A stretch of DNA of 64,000 nucleotides from an uncultured Chloroflexia bacterium (GTDB lineage: Bacteria; Chloroflexota; Limnocylindria; Limnocylindrales; CSP1-4), in assembly GCA_963713975.1 (NCBI GenBank), contig OY970218.1, positions 320,001 through 384,000 on the forward strand, given 5' to 3'. Positions 47,120 to 56,740 of this stretch are shown piece by piece. A program made the position numbers and the translations under genes. The notes below the pieces were generated by a model. The model had not been told where the DNA came from and did no database searches. It saw nothing but the letters and a program-made list of their open reading frames with translations. Within the stretch, counting starts at the first letter, position 1, and each line of letters begins with the position of its first letter.

Positions 47120-48067
47120 TCAGTCGGGCTCCCCGTCGTCCTCGTCACCGGTCTCGGCCCCGTCCGCCCCGGGGGCTCGGGCCGCCGTCCCGGCCGCCGT
47201 CTCGCGCGAGATGAACACTCGGTGCGGGAACGGGATCACGATCCCCGCCTCGCCAAACGCCACGAGCAGCCGGTGGCGGAACTCGCCGGCGGCGGCCCAT
47301 TGCTCGGAGGCCCGGACTGTCCCCGTGATCTTGAGCGTCACGCCCAATTCGTCGAGGGACTGGACGCGCAGCACGCTCGGGGCCTCGAGGACCCGTCGCC
47401 GCCACTCAGGATCCTCGTACATGGCGCGGCCCACGTTGTTGACGACCTCGATGGCGCGATCGATGTCCGTGTCGTAGGCAACCTGGATGTTCTCGTTGAC
47501 CCGGGCCCAGGTCCGCGTGCTGTTGGATGCGACCCGGATCTCACCGTTGGGGACCGTGTGGACCACCCCGGACAGGTCGCGCAGGGTGGTCCGCCGCAGG
47601 CTGAAGCTCTCGACGGTCCCGGTGGTGTCCGCGATCGTGACCACGTCTCCGATGCCGAACTGGTTCTCGACCAGGATGAGGGCCCCGTTGAAGTAGTCCC
47701 GGACGATGCTCTGCGTCCCGAAGCCGACGGCGATGCCCACGACGCCGAGACCGGCGAGAGCCGGACCGATGTTCAGGTTCAGCTCGCCGAGGATCATCAC
47801 GCCGGCGATCAGCAGGATGAACACGCGGATCACGTTCGTGCCCAGCCCGTCGAGGGTGTCGATCCGCTTCTGGACCTCCAGGGCCGACAACTCCTGGGCC
47901 GTGCCCTCGAGCTTCTCCCGGTCCAGCAGCCGCCTCACGACGCCGTGGACCGCCCCACGCGCGATCCGGATCAGGACGAGCGCGATGATGATGATCAGGA
48001 CGATCGGCACGATCGTCCCCTGGAAGAGCGTGAGCAGCCGCTCCTGCATTGCCGGCGAGATATCCAT
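47120..48067 (-). CDS. Small-conductance mechanosensitive channel (MscS family)
   Basis: AGLGVVGIAVGFGTQSIVRD, ENQFGIGD, TVPNG. Confidence 0.92.
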   Translation of the reverse strand: MDISPAMQERLLTLFQGTIVPIVLIIIIALVLIRIARGAVHGVVRRLLDREKLEGTAQELSALEVQKRIDTLDGLGTNVIRVFILLIAGVMILGELNLNIGPALAGLGVVGIAVGFGTQSIVRDYFNGALILVENQFGIGDVVTIADTTGTVESFSLRRTTLRDLSGVVHTVPNGEIRVASNSTRTWARVNENIQVAYDTDIDRAIEVVNNVGRAMYEDPEWRRRVLEAPSVLRVQSLDELGVTLKITGTVRASEQWAAAGEFRHRLLVAFGEAGIVIPFPHRVFISRETAAGTAARAPGADGAETGDEDDGEPD

Positions 48068-48114
48068 CGGCGCCTAGCCTAGCGCCGCCGGGCATGCTGA
48101 CGCGAGACCGAAGC

Positions 48115-48885
48115 TCAGGCCGCCGTGCCCCCAAGCCGGATGGAGACCGCCGCGGCGGACTCGCGAACCTGCTGGACGAGCTCCGGCACGCGGCGCGGCG
48201 TGACCCGAAATGACGGGCCCCAGACGTCCACGGCGGCGGTGACCTGCCCTCGTGCGTCATGGACCGGGGCGGCCACGCCGTTGAGACCGCTGTCGTATTC
48301 GCCGAACGCCGTCGCGTAGCCGCGCCTGCGCACGCGCGCCAGCTCCTCCAACAGCGGCTCGAGCTGCGTGAGCGTCCGATCCGTGAAGCGGTCGAGGCCC
48401 CGCCGGACAAGCCGCAGGATCTCGCGCTCAGGCATGGCGGCAAGGAGCACCTTGCCCGCGGCGACGGAGTGGAGCGGTACGCCACGACCCGTCCAGTCGC
48501 CCACGGCCACCAGGTTGGGACCGTCGGCCTGGGCAACCGTCAGGAACAGGTCCCCGTCCACCACGCCCAGACCAGTCGTCTCGCGGGTGGCCCGGGCGAG
48601 TCGGTCAAGCTCCGGCATGGCAATGGCGCGCAGGTCCAGGGTGCGCTCCGCTCGCTCGGCGAGGCGGATCACGACCAGGCCCAACCGGTACTTGCCGGTC
48701 TCGTCGTCCTGTTCCACGAGGCCGCGCTTCTCGAGCGTCGCAAGCAGGCGCGACGCCGTCGACTTGTGGAGGCCCAGGCGGCGGGCCAGGTCGGTCACCC
48801 CGGCCTCGGCGTGGCATTCGCCGAGGGCGAGGAGGAGGGCCGCGGCGCGATCCACGGACCGGACGGCGTTCCCATCGAGCGTCAT
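48115..48885 (-). CDS. IclR family transcriptional regulator
   Basis: VRSVDRA, LGLHKSTASRLLATL, PLHSVAAGKVLLA, RRRGYA. Confidence 0.94.
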   Translation of the reverse strand: MTLDGNAVRSVDRAAALLLALGECHAEAGVTDLARRLGLHKSTASRLLATLEKRGLVEQDDETGKYRLGLVVIRLAERAERTLDLRAIAMPELDRLARATRETTGLGVVDGDLFLTVAQADGPNLVAVGDWTGRGVPLHSVAAGKVLLAAMPEREILRLVRRGLDRFTDRTLTQLEPLLEELARVRRRGYATAFGEYDSGLNGVAAPVHDARGQVTAAVDVWGPSFRVTPRRVPELVQQVRESAAAVSIRLGGTAA

Positions 48886-48907
48886 GCAATCGTCTCCGCT
48901 CGCGGGC

Positions 48908-50320
48908 TCACTGGGCCGCGGTTTCCGGGGAACCGCCGTAGGCGGCCTCGGTCTCGTGCGGGAGCGGCATGCCCTTCGCCCGCAGGTCCAGGGCCGCATC
49001 GAGCAATTCGCCGAAGATCGTCAGCGTCCGGTCCACGATGTCGCCCTGTGCGTGGGCCTCGCAGATGAACCACGGCTCACGGCTGTCCGGCTCCGGCATG
49101 GCGCCACGCGCATGCATCCCGACGGCGATGGCGTCGTAGAGCTCGTGGTCCGTGACCGCCCAGTCCCGGTACTCGCTGGCGACGTGCTCCGTGAACATGA
49201 TCCCGAACATGGACGGATGGCCCGTGAGCTGGTAGGCGAGGCCCTTGGGGTCCAGCAGCTGGCGGATGCCGGCCTGCACGCGCTCGCCGGTCCGCCGGAT
49301 GGTGTCGAGGGCGTCCGTGTCGCGGATGATCTCAAGGGTCTTGACCGCGGCCGAGGCTGCCACCCGGTTGCCGGCGTAGGTGCCGCCGTGGCTGACCTTG
49401 TCGGGCAGCACCGCCATGACCTCCTCGCGCCCGCCGAAGGCCGCGGCCGGGTAGCCGTTGCCCATGGCCTTCGCGTAGGTCGCGATGTCCGGCGTGATCC
49501 CGAAGAACTCCGCGGCGCCGCCCTTCGCGAAGCGGAACCCCGTCTTTACCTCGTCGAAGATCAGCAGGATCCCGAACTCCTCGGTCAGCGCCCGCATCGC
49601 CTGGTGGAAGCCGGGCTTGGGCATGATGCCCTGGGCGTTGCCCAGCACCGGCTCGACGATGACTGCGGCGATCTCCTCGCCCTGGCGCTCGAACAATGCC
49701 CGCAGGCGATCGATGTTGTTGTACCGGGCCGGGATGATCGTGGTCGCGACCTCGGCCGGGATGCCACGGCCCCATGCCAGGCCGACGGGGTTGTCCTCGT
49801 CGCCCAGGTCGGCCATGTTGTTGGGAGCGACGCTGATCAGGGCGTAGTCGTGGACGCCGTGGTACTGGCCCTCGAACTTGACGATCTTCGTGCGCCCCGT
49901 GTAGGCCCGCGCGACACGCATGGCGTGCATCGTGGCCTCGGTGCCCGACACGGTCATCCGGGCCTGCTTGACCCAGGGGTTGAGCTCCCTGAGGAGCTCC
50001 ATCGCCCGGACCTCGTCCTCGCTGGTCAGGGAGAAGCTGACACCCCGGCGCATGCGCTCGTTGACGTAGTCGTCCACACGGTCGTCGCCGTGACCCAGGA
50101 TCACCGGACCGTAGCCCATGCGCAGGTCGACGTACTCGTTGCCGTCCAGGTCCCAGACCATGCCGCCCTTGCCGCGGTCGACGTAGACCGTGTCGTCGCC
50201 CCACGCGCGGAAGTTGGAGTTCGTGCCCCCGGGAAGCGTCCGCATGGCCCGCTGGTACATCGCTGACTGGCGCTCGCGACGCAGGGTCGGTACGGGGCGG
50301 GCGGTGGGTTCGGCCGTCAT
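48908..50320 (-). CDS. Class III PLP aminotransferase (GSA-aminomutase-like)
   Basis: SGTEAT, FEGQYHG, IFDEVKTGFR, YAKAMGNG, HGGTYAGN; GGAGG RBS. Confidence 0.9.
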   Translation of the reverse strand: MTAEPTARPVPTLRRERQSAMYQRAMRTLPGGTNSNFRAWGDDTVYVDRGKGGMVWDLDGNEYVDLRMGYGPVILGHGDDRVDDYVNERMRRGVSFSLTSEDEVRAMELLRELNPWVKQARMTVSGTEATMHAMRVARAYTGRTKIVKFEGQYHGVHDYALISVAPNNMADLGDEDNPVGLAWGRGIPAEVATTIIPARYNNIDRLRALFERQGEEIAAVIVEPVLGNAQGIMPKPGFHQAMRALTEEFGILLIFDEVKTGFRFAKGGAAEFFGITPDIATYAKAMGNGYPAAAFGGREEVMAVLPDKVSHGGTYAGNRVAASAAVKTLEIIRDTDALDTIRRTGERVQAGIRQLLDPKGLAYQLTGHPSMFGIMFTEHVASEYRDWAVTDHELYDAIAVGMHARGAMPEPDSREPWFICEAHAQGDIVDRTLTIFGELLDAALDLRAKGMPLPHETEAAYGGSPETAAQ

Positions 50321-50513
50321 GGTGCCTCCAGGCTTCTGCCCCGCTCGACCCGGTCGGTCGGTCGCCGCCCGGGGGGCCGGCGTGCGGGGAGCCCGCGACG
50401 TCCTGGTGCATGGACCGGGACAGGCGTTGCGGGCAGTGCAACAGGTGCGGGGATCGTGCCATAGGGTCAACCGGGGCGTCAACACGGATATCGTCCGTCT
50501 TCGCCCGGATAGG

Positions 50514-50528
50514 CTGCGAATATCGCAG
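50514..50528. promoter_or_regulatory. Palindrome CTGCGA-ATA-TCGCAG, candidate IclR operator
   Basis: Perfect 6-3-6 inverted repeat between the divergent aminotransferase-iclR and oxidoreductase genes. Confidence 0.55.
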
Positions 50529-50571
50529 TCATGCGGCAGGTTCCACTTGCAGATCCGCGTACATTGGTCAG

Positions 50572-51963
50572 ATGAAGAGCAACGACGCATCGGCGGGTGG
50601 CAGCTTCTGGTACCTCTCCGGCGATCCCGGCCCGCGGCGAGAGCCGGTTGCCGGCACGCAGCGTGTCGATGTCGCGATCGTCGGAGGCGGGTTCACCGGC
50701 TTGTGGTCGGCGATCGGGTTGCTGGAGGCGGATCCGTCGCTGCGGGTGGCCGTGCTCGAGGCCGAGCGGGTGGGCTGGGGCGCGAGCGGCAGGAACGGCG
50801 GGTTCTGCGCGGCGTCGCTCACCCACGGCCTGGCCAACGGCCTGCTCCACTTTCCGGACGAGATCGAGGAACTCGAGCGGGAGGGGGTCGCGAACCTGGC
50901 CGGGCTGGTGGCCTTCGTGCGAGCCGAAGGCTTCGACTGCGAGCTGGAGGAGACGGGGACGCTCGACGTGGCGACCGAGCCGCACCAGGTGGTCGAGCTG
51001 CACGAGTTCGCCGACCTCGCGAACCGCCACGGCCACGGTGCTGAGCTGTTGGGGCGCGACGAGATCCAGGCCGCGGTCCACTCTCCGCGATTCCTGGCGG
51101 GGATCCGCTCCGGCGGCGACAGGACCGTGATGGTCAACCCGGCCAAGCTCGCCTGGGGTCTCGCTGCGGCGGTCGAGCGCCGGGGCGGCGTGGTCTTCGA
51201 GGGATCGCGCGTGACCGGCCTGCGCCGGCGGGCCGACGGCGTCACCGTCGACGTGGCCGGTGGTGCGCAGGTCGAGGCGTCTCAGGTCCTCGTCGGGACG
51301 TCTGCCTACAGCGGCTGGCTGCGCCGGCTGGTGCCGGCGTTCGTCCCTGTCTACGACTACGCGCTGATGACCGAGCCAATGACGCCGGCTCAGATGGGCT
51401 CGATCGGCTGGCAGGGCCGCGAGGGTCTGGGTGATTCCGGCTACCAGTTCCACTACTTCCGGCTGTCCGCGGACAACCGGATGCTGTGGGGTGGCTACGA
51501 CGCGATCTACCACCCGGGCAACGGCGTGCGGCCCGCGTACGACCGGCGGCCCGCGACCTTCGAAGCCCTGGCCAGGAACTTCGCCGCCACCTTCCCGCAG
51601 CTGGACGGGATCCGCTTCACGCACCGGTGGGGCGGGGCCATCGACACCACGACGCGGTTCCACGTGACCTTTGGCGATGCACTCGGGGGCCGTGTCCACT
51701 ACGCGCTCGGCTACACCGGCCTCGGGGTGGGCGCGTCGCGCTGGGCTGCCGGCATCCTGCGCGACCTGATCCTGGACCCGGCATCACCGCGGCTGCGCCT
51801 GCGGTTCGTCCGGTCGCGGCCGTTCCCGATCCCGCCGGAGCCCCTGCGGGCGCCGGCGGTGGCGCTGATGCGGCGCGCCGTCATCGACGCCGATGCCCAC
51901 GAAGGGCGGCCGGGCATGTTCCTGCGGGCCATGGACGCGCTGGGGATCGGGTTCGACAGCTGA
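50572..51963 (+). CDS. FAD-dependent oxidoreductase (DAO family, PuuB/OrdL-like)
   Basis: IVGGGFTGL, GASGRNGG, WGGAID, GYTGLGV; TACATT -10 6 nt upstream. Confidence 0.9.
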   Translation: MKSNDASAGGSFWYLSGDPGPRREPVAGTQRVDVAIVGGGFTGLWSAIGLLEADPSLRVAVLEAERVGWGASGRNGGFCAASLTHGLANGLLHFPDEIEELEREGVANLAGLVAFVRAEGFDCELEETGTLDVATEPHQVVELHEFADLANRHGHGAELLGRDEIQAAVHSPRFLAGIRSGGDRTVMVNPAKLAWGLAAAVERRGGVVFEGSRVTGLRRRADGVTVDVAGGAQVEASQVLVGTSAYSGWLRRLVPAFVPVYDYALMTEPMTPAQMGSIGWQGREGLGDSGYQFHYFRLSADNRMLWGGYDAIYHPGNGVRPAYDRRPATFEALARNFAATFPQLDGIRFTHRWGGAIDTTTRFHVTFGDALGGRVHYALGYTGLGVGASRWAAGILRDLILDPASPRLRLRFVRSRPFPIPPEPLRAPAVALMRRAVIDADAHEGRPGMFLRAMDALGIGFDS

Positions 51964-52017
51964 GCGACCACCGTGCGGCACAGTGCCGGGGTGGGATCGC
52001 GAGTCACCGCCCCCGGG

Positions 52018-53700
52018 TCAGCCCGCCGGCGCCACCCAGCGGGGCAGCTCCCTGGCCAGGGTCGCGAGCGGCAGGGAGCCGTGGGCGATCAGCTCATCGT
52101 GGAAGAGCCTGAGATCAAACGCCGACCCGTCGCGCGCCTCCAGCTCCCGGCGCAGCCGCCGGATCTCGCGCATCCCGATCATGTACGAGAGCGCCTGGCC
52201 GGGCCACACGATGTAGCGATCGGTCTCGATCACCGCATCGGTCTCGGACAGCCCGGTGCGGAGCAGCCATTCGATCGACCGCTGCCGCGACCAGCCCAGG
52301 CCGTGCATGCCGGAGTCCACGATGAGTCGCGAGGCCCGCCACGCCTGGGCGTCGAGCATCCCGAAGCGCTCGGCCTGGTTCCGATACAGGCCAAGCTCGT
52401 CGGCGAGGCGCTCGACGTATAGGCCCCACCCCTCGGCGTAGGCGCCTCCCACCATCCGGGAGCCCAGCCGGCGGAAGACGTTGAGGCTCGGGTGCTCCAT
52501 CTCGAGGCTGATCTGGAAGTGGTGCCCGGGGATCGCCTCGTGATACGTCGTCGCCGCCAGCTTGGAGTAGGTCCGGCTGGGCAGGTCGTAGGTGTTCACG
52601 TAGTAGATGCCGGGCCGCGAGCCATCGAGCGAGGGCGGGAAGTAGTAGGCGAACGGGGCGTCCCGCTCCTTGAACGGCTCGACCGGACGGACCTCGCACG
52701 ACGCGGCCGGCAGCCGACCGAAGACGCGAGGTGCGATCTCGGCGGCGCGCACGATGTCCTCGTTCGCCCTGGCGACCAGCTCCTCGACGGTCGCGGCCTG
52801 GTTCGCGGGATCCGTCGCGAGGGCAAGCCGGTAGGCGGCGACGTCGTCCCCGAAGCCCGCGTCGCGCGCGATCTCCCGCCGCTCGACGTCGATCAATGCC
52901 AGCTCGTCGAGGCCCACCTGGTGGACGTCGGCCGGCTCCATGTCGAGCGTGGTCCAGGACCGGATGGCGTAGCGGTAGAGGCGGTCTCCGTCCGGCGCCG
53001 AGACGAGGCCGGGCTCCTCGCGCGTTGCGGCAAGGTACTCGCCCTCGAGTGCCTCCAGGTATCGCCGGTCTGCAGGGTAGACGACCTCGCGGACGACGTC
53101 ACGGACCCGCTCCCGGTCCTCGTCGCTGGCGACCCGGGACATCGCCGGGATGATCGCCTCGTCGATCGGGATCGCGAGCAGCTGCCGGAGCTGGCGGATC
53201 GTCCGCTCGGCGACGATCCTGGCCGCGGTCCGGCCGGACTCCCGGCTCTCCGCAAGGATCTGGATGTTGGCGTCGATCAGGTCGCCGTACCCCCGGATCC
53301 GGGCCAGCCAGGCGTCGAGGCGCTCCGGCGTGTCGGCCGGCTGGAAGTGCACGATCTGGGCGAGCACAGTCTGCGGTCCGTTGATCTGGTCCACCGCCCT
53401 GACCTCGTGGACGGCCAGGTCGTCGCCCTCCACAGCGAGGTCCGCCACGATCAGCAGCATGTCCCGCGTGATGCCGTCCTCGACGGACAGGCCCTCCGCG
53501 GGGACGGCAGAGGCCTCACGCCGCACCCGTTCGGCGAGGGCACGTGCGGCGGCACGCCCTTCGGGTCCCGGGTCGTCAAGCCGGTCGTCGAACCGGTCGT
53601 CGCCGTACACCGTCGCTGTCAGCGGCGACAGGCGCAGGTAGTCGTCCCAGAAGCGAGTGGCGATCTCGTCGATGCGGGTGGCGGGCTCGGTCACGTGCAT
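52018..53700 (-). CDS. DUF885 family protein (HExxPGHH metallopeptidase-like)
   Basis: YHEAIPGHHFQ, YAEGWGLYVE, PGQALSY, FHD. Confidence 0.92.
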   Translation of the reverse strand: MHVTEPATRIDEIATRFWDDYLRLSPLTATVYGDDRFDDRLDDPGPEGRAAARALAERVRREASAVPAEGLSVEDGITRDMLLIVADLAVEGDDLAVHEVRAVDQINGPQTVLAQIVHFQPADTPERLDAWLARIRGYGDLIDANIQILAESRESGRTAARIVAERTIRQLRQLLAIPIDEAIIPAMSRVASDEDRERVRDVVREVVYPADRRYLEALEGEYLAATREEPGLVSAPDGDRLYRYAIRSWTTLDMEPADVHQVGLDELALIDVERREIARDAGFGDDVAAYRLALATDPANQAATVEELVARANEDIVRAAEIAPRVFGRLPAASCEVRPVEPFKERDAPFAYYFPPSLDGSRPGIYYVNTYDLPSRTYSKLAATTYHEAIPGHHFQISLEMEHPSLNVFRRLGSRMVGGAYAEGWGLYVERLADELGLYRNQAERFGMLDAQAWRASRLIVDSGMHGLGWSRQRSIEWLLRTGLSETDAVIETDRYIVWPGQALSYMIGMREIRRLRRELEARDGSAFDLRLFHDELIAHGSLPLATLARELPRWVAPAG

Positions 53701-53843
53701 ACCCCGATGCAGCCTGGAACCGGTCGCGGTCACACGGCCGCGGGGACCTGGCGGACAGACAAGAAGCGTACCCCGGTCGGCCCGCCGACCGCGGCCGTGG
53801 TGCCGGCCCGCTCAGCGGCGGAGCCCACTCGCGTGCGGCCGTC

Positions 53844-56672
53844 TCACCCGGCCGGCCCCGGGTCGCCCGCTGCCGCGCCATCCGGCGCCGCGCCATCAGC
53901 GGCCGGGCCGTCCGCCACCTCGCCGTCGGGCGCGTCGCCGCCGGGTGCCTGGGCTGCCGCGCCACCGAAGAGGGCGAGCTGGTCGCCGGTCCGCTCCACC
54001 GCCGGGTCGAGACCGAGGAGCGGCTCCAGATCGGCCAGCTGCACGTCCTCGCGCGCGGCCCAGGCCCGGACATGGTCCGCCTTGACGAGGTGCCAGCCGC
54101 CGGTCTCCAGCCCCTCGCGGAGCAGCGGCGAGCGCTCGAGCTTGTGGCGGACGAGCTCCGCCCGCTCGGGCAGGACGACGAGGAACCGCACCAGCCGGTC
54201 GTCCGGTGGTATCCGTGCATGGCGGCGGAGGACGGTGTCTGACAGCATCGCCGTCCACTCCACCTCCCAGGCGAGGGCTGCACGCCCACGCACGTACCAG
54301 ACGACATCGACGTCCTCGAGGTCCCGCGAGGCGATCCGGCCCAGGCTGGGCGGGCCGTTGAGCTCGCGGTCACCAAGGTGGTCTGCGAGGGTCCAACGGC
54401 CGACCCTGCGCGGCTGCTGGCGCTCCCCGACCCAGCACTGGAACCCCAGCCTGTGGCCGAGGTCGACGAGATCGACGATAAGCCTGCTGTGCTCCTCGCT
54501 GCGGCGCGCCAGGTCGTCGCCGGTGGCGAGGCGCTCCGGCCGGCTGGCCATGCTCCGGTAGCTCTCCAAGCAGGCCCGCACGAGGGCCTCATCCGGGAGG
54601 TCGGGGCCCGTGAACAGGCCGGCGACCCGGTCCAGGAACGCCGCCTCGGACAACGGGCCGGCCGTCGACAGGAGGCTGAACACCGCCCACTCCACGCGAT
54701 CGGCCAGCGGCACCGCGGCGAGCTCCCGATCGGCCTTTTCGCCCAGCCACCAGCGGTCGTCCCCCAACCGGACGAGGCGCCGACCCTCCGCGCCCGCGAG
54801 CGCGGACCGGACGAGCGCGAGCAGCCGGTCGACGTGATCCTGCGTGGCCGGCGTCGCAGCGGCATCCTGGGCCTCGGCCGGGCCCGGGTCCCGCCTGCCG
54901 GCCGCTTCCGGCACGCCACCCGCAGCGGGATCTGCCGCGGCGGGCGGACGGACCAGGCGCCGAAGGTGGCCCGTCCGGTCGAGGCCAACGAGGATCTCAC
55001 CCAGCAGCCCCTCGAAGGAGACGGGCTCGCCGCGCAGCTTGAGAACGTCAACGGCGGCATCGACGACGGCGCGCTCGGCATCGCCGGCCGAGAACGGCGC
55101 GCCGGCCTGGTGCTCGGCGGGGGCGAACAGCCGGCCCGGCGCGATCGCGTCCGGATCCCCGGCTCCGCCGGGCTCGGGAGGGAGCGCGACGTTGGCCCGG
55201 GTGCGCGGGCCCCCGGGCACCGCGCCGGAGCCGGGGGGCACGAGCTCCACGACACCACCTGTGTCACGTCCCGCCTCGGGCAGCCTGGCCCCCGCCATCC
55301 GGTATCCGGCGGACACCCCACCGAGCGCGCAGGCGACGAGCGATTCCGGGCCGTCACCCTCCAGCAGGAACACGACGCGGGCGTCCCGGCCCATCACCGG
55401 CTCGACCGCGCGCAGCGACCTCGTGATCACGGCGGCCTGCCAGCCCCACGTGGGCCGGATCGCCGGCCCGAACAGCGGCTCGAGAGGCAGCGTCGAGGCG
55501 GCCTCGCGCCCCAGCGCCCATGCCGTCGCGTGGTAGGACCAGGCGAGCCGCTCGGCGACCGGGCGGAGCGGCGGTGTCCCGACCGCAAGCCGGACCCTTG
55601 GCCTGATCCCGGCACCAACCTGTCGGCGCGCCTCGAGGCCGAGGGCGTCGATGGCCGCCGGCGTGCCCTGCCTGACGACCGCGGTCGCGGCGCCCTCCGC
55701 CAGGCTCCGCATATCGTCGCCGAGGCGGGCCGGCACGGGTCCCCAGGCCCCGCTCTCCAGGCGCTGGATGAACCCGCGGACCACCCGCACGCCGTCCTCG
55801 AAGGCCAGCCACGGGTTGCGCTCGCGCCATTGGGCGTTGCCCGGCAGCTTCACGTGGCCGCTGGCGATCCGGATCGGCGCCACACGGCCCGTGGACGTGG
55901 CGAGTCGGCTCGCAGGTGCCACCGCGTGCATCAGGGCGAGCCGAAGCGCGGCGGCGATCGGCGCGGCCCGCAGGTCACCCTCCACGCGCTCCAGGATCGC
56001 CGCCAGGGCGACGATCTGGCGAGGGGTGTGAAGGTCGAGCAGCTCGTCCGCGAGCGCCTCGCCCCCCTCGAGGACGGGGAAACGGTCACGCAGCTCGCCG
56101 CGGACCTCCGCGCCTTCCTGGTCGAGGGCCCGGGCGATGTCGGCAGCGTCAACGGGCGCGTGCCGGTTCTCGCCGCCGCCCAGCTGGTCCCGACAGACGG
56201 GGCAGCGGTAGTGCTTGCGCACGGGCCGGGGCCCGGCGAGCTGCCCGTCCTCATCACCGGCATCGGCGGACCAGGTGACATCGTCGAGGATGACCTGGCG
56301 GTCACAGGTCGCACACCTGCTCAGGTAGCGGTCCGTGATCGACGCCTTGAGGCTGGATTCCCGGCGCGCGGACGCGGCAAGGGACTGGACGGCGGCGTCC
56401 AGGTGGCGCAGGTCCGGTGGCCGCAGCACGATCTCCGCCAGCAGCCGGTCCAGGGCCGTGCTCTCGAGGCTGACGGCCTTGCGCTGCCGGTCGATCGCAG
56501 ACCGGGCCACCCAGCCGCCCCGTCCGAACAGGTCCAGGACGATATCGCCCGGCGACGACGACGCCTCCAGCCGGGCCGCGACCAGGGCGGGCGGCGGCGG
56601 CGGGGCGAAGCGCTCGTACGCCGGCAGGCTGAAGCCCGGTTCGGCGCGGAGGAGCAGGGCGCGGCCAGCCAT
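53844..56672 (-). CDS. Large DNA methyltransferase-like protein (degenerate motifs, Zn ribbon) with C-terminal PD-(D/E)xK-like domain
   Basis: PGDIVLDLFGRGG (motif I-like), CATC...CPVC, LAVGTPPL (motif IV-like), DVDVVWY...AWEVEWT. Confidence 0.7.
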   Translation of the reverse strand: MAGRALLLRAEPGFSLPAYERFAPPPPPALVAARLEASSSPGDIVLDLFGRGGWVARSAIDRQRKAVSLESTALDRLLAEIVLRPPDLRHLDAAVQSLAASARRESSLKASITDRYLSRCATCDRQVILDDVTWSADAGDEDGQLAGPRPVRKHYRCPVCRDQLGGGENRHAPVDAADIARALDQEGAEVRGELRDRFPVLEGGEALADELLDLHTPRQIVALAAILERVEGDLRAAPIAAALRLALMHAVAPASRLATSTGRVAPIRIASGHVKLPGNAQWRERNPWLAFEDGVRVVRGFIQRLESGAWGPVPARLGDDMRSLAEGAATAVVRQGTPAAIDALGLEARRQVGAGIRPRVRLAVGTPPLRPVAERLAWSYHATAWALGREAASTLPLEPLFGPAIRPTWGWQAAVITRSLRAVEPVMGRDARVVFLLEGDGPESLVACALGGVSAGYRMAGARLPEAGRDTGGVVELVPPGSGAVPGGPRTRANVALPPEPGGAGDPDAIAPGRLFAPAEHQAGAPFSAGDAERAVVDAAVDVLKLRGEPVSFEGLLGEILVGLDRTGHLRRLVRPPAAADPAAGGVPEAAGRRDPGPAEAQDAAATPATQDHVDRLLALVRSALAGAEGRRLVRLGDDRWWLGEKADRELAAVPLADRVEWAVFSLLSTAGPLSEAAFLDRVAGLFTGPDLPDEALVRACLESYRSMASRPERLATGDDLARRSEEHSRLIVDLVDLGHRLGFQCWVGERQQPRRVGRWTLADHLGDRELNGPPSLGRIASRDLEDVDVVWYVRGRAALAWEVEWTAMLSDTVLRRHARIPPDDRLVRFLVVLPERAELVRHKLERSPLLREGLETGGWHLVKADHVRAWAAREDVQLADLEPLLGLDPAVERTGDQLALFGGAAAQAPGGDAPDGEVADGPAADGAAPDGAAAGDPGPAG

Positions 56673-56740
56673 GCGCGGGATTGTCGCAGACGGGGCCGGG
56701 ATGGGGGTAGTGCCTTCCCGGCGCCCTCGCCGGCGTCCGG

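Noticed and set aside
48908-50320. hemL gene symbol
   Set aside because: GSA-aminomutase-like motifs, but no tetrapyrrole genes nearby and a catabolic IclR context.
53844-56672. Active type II R-M system or defence island
   Set aside because: Catalytic DPPY/NPPY motif not found, no partner genes, no compositional anomaly and no mobility genes.
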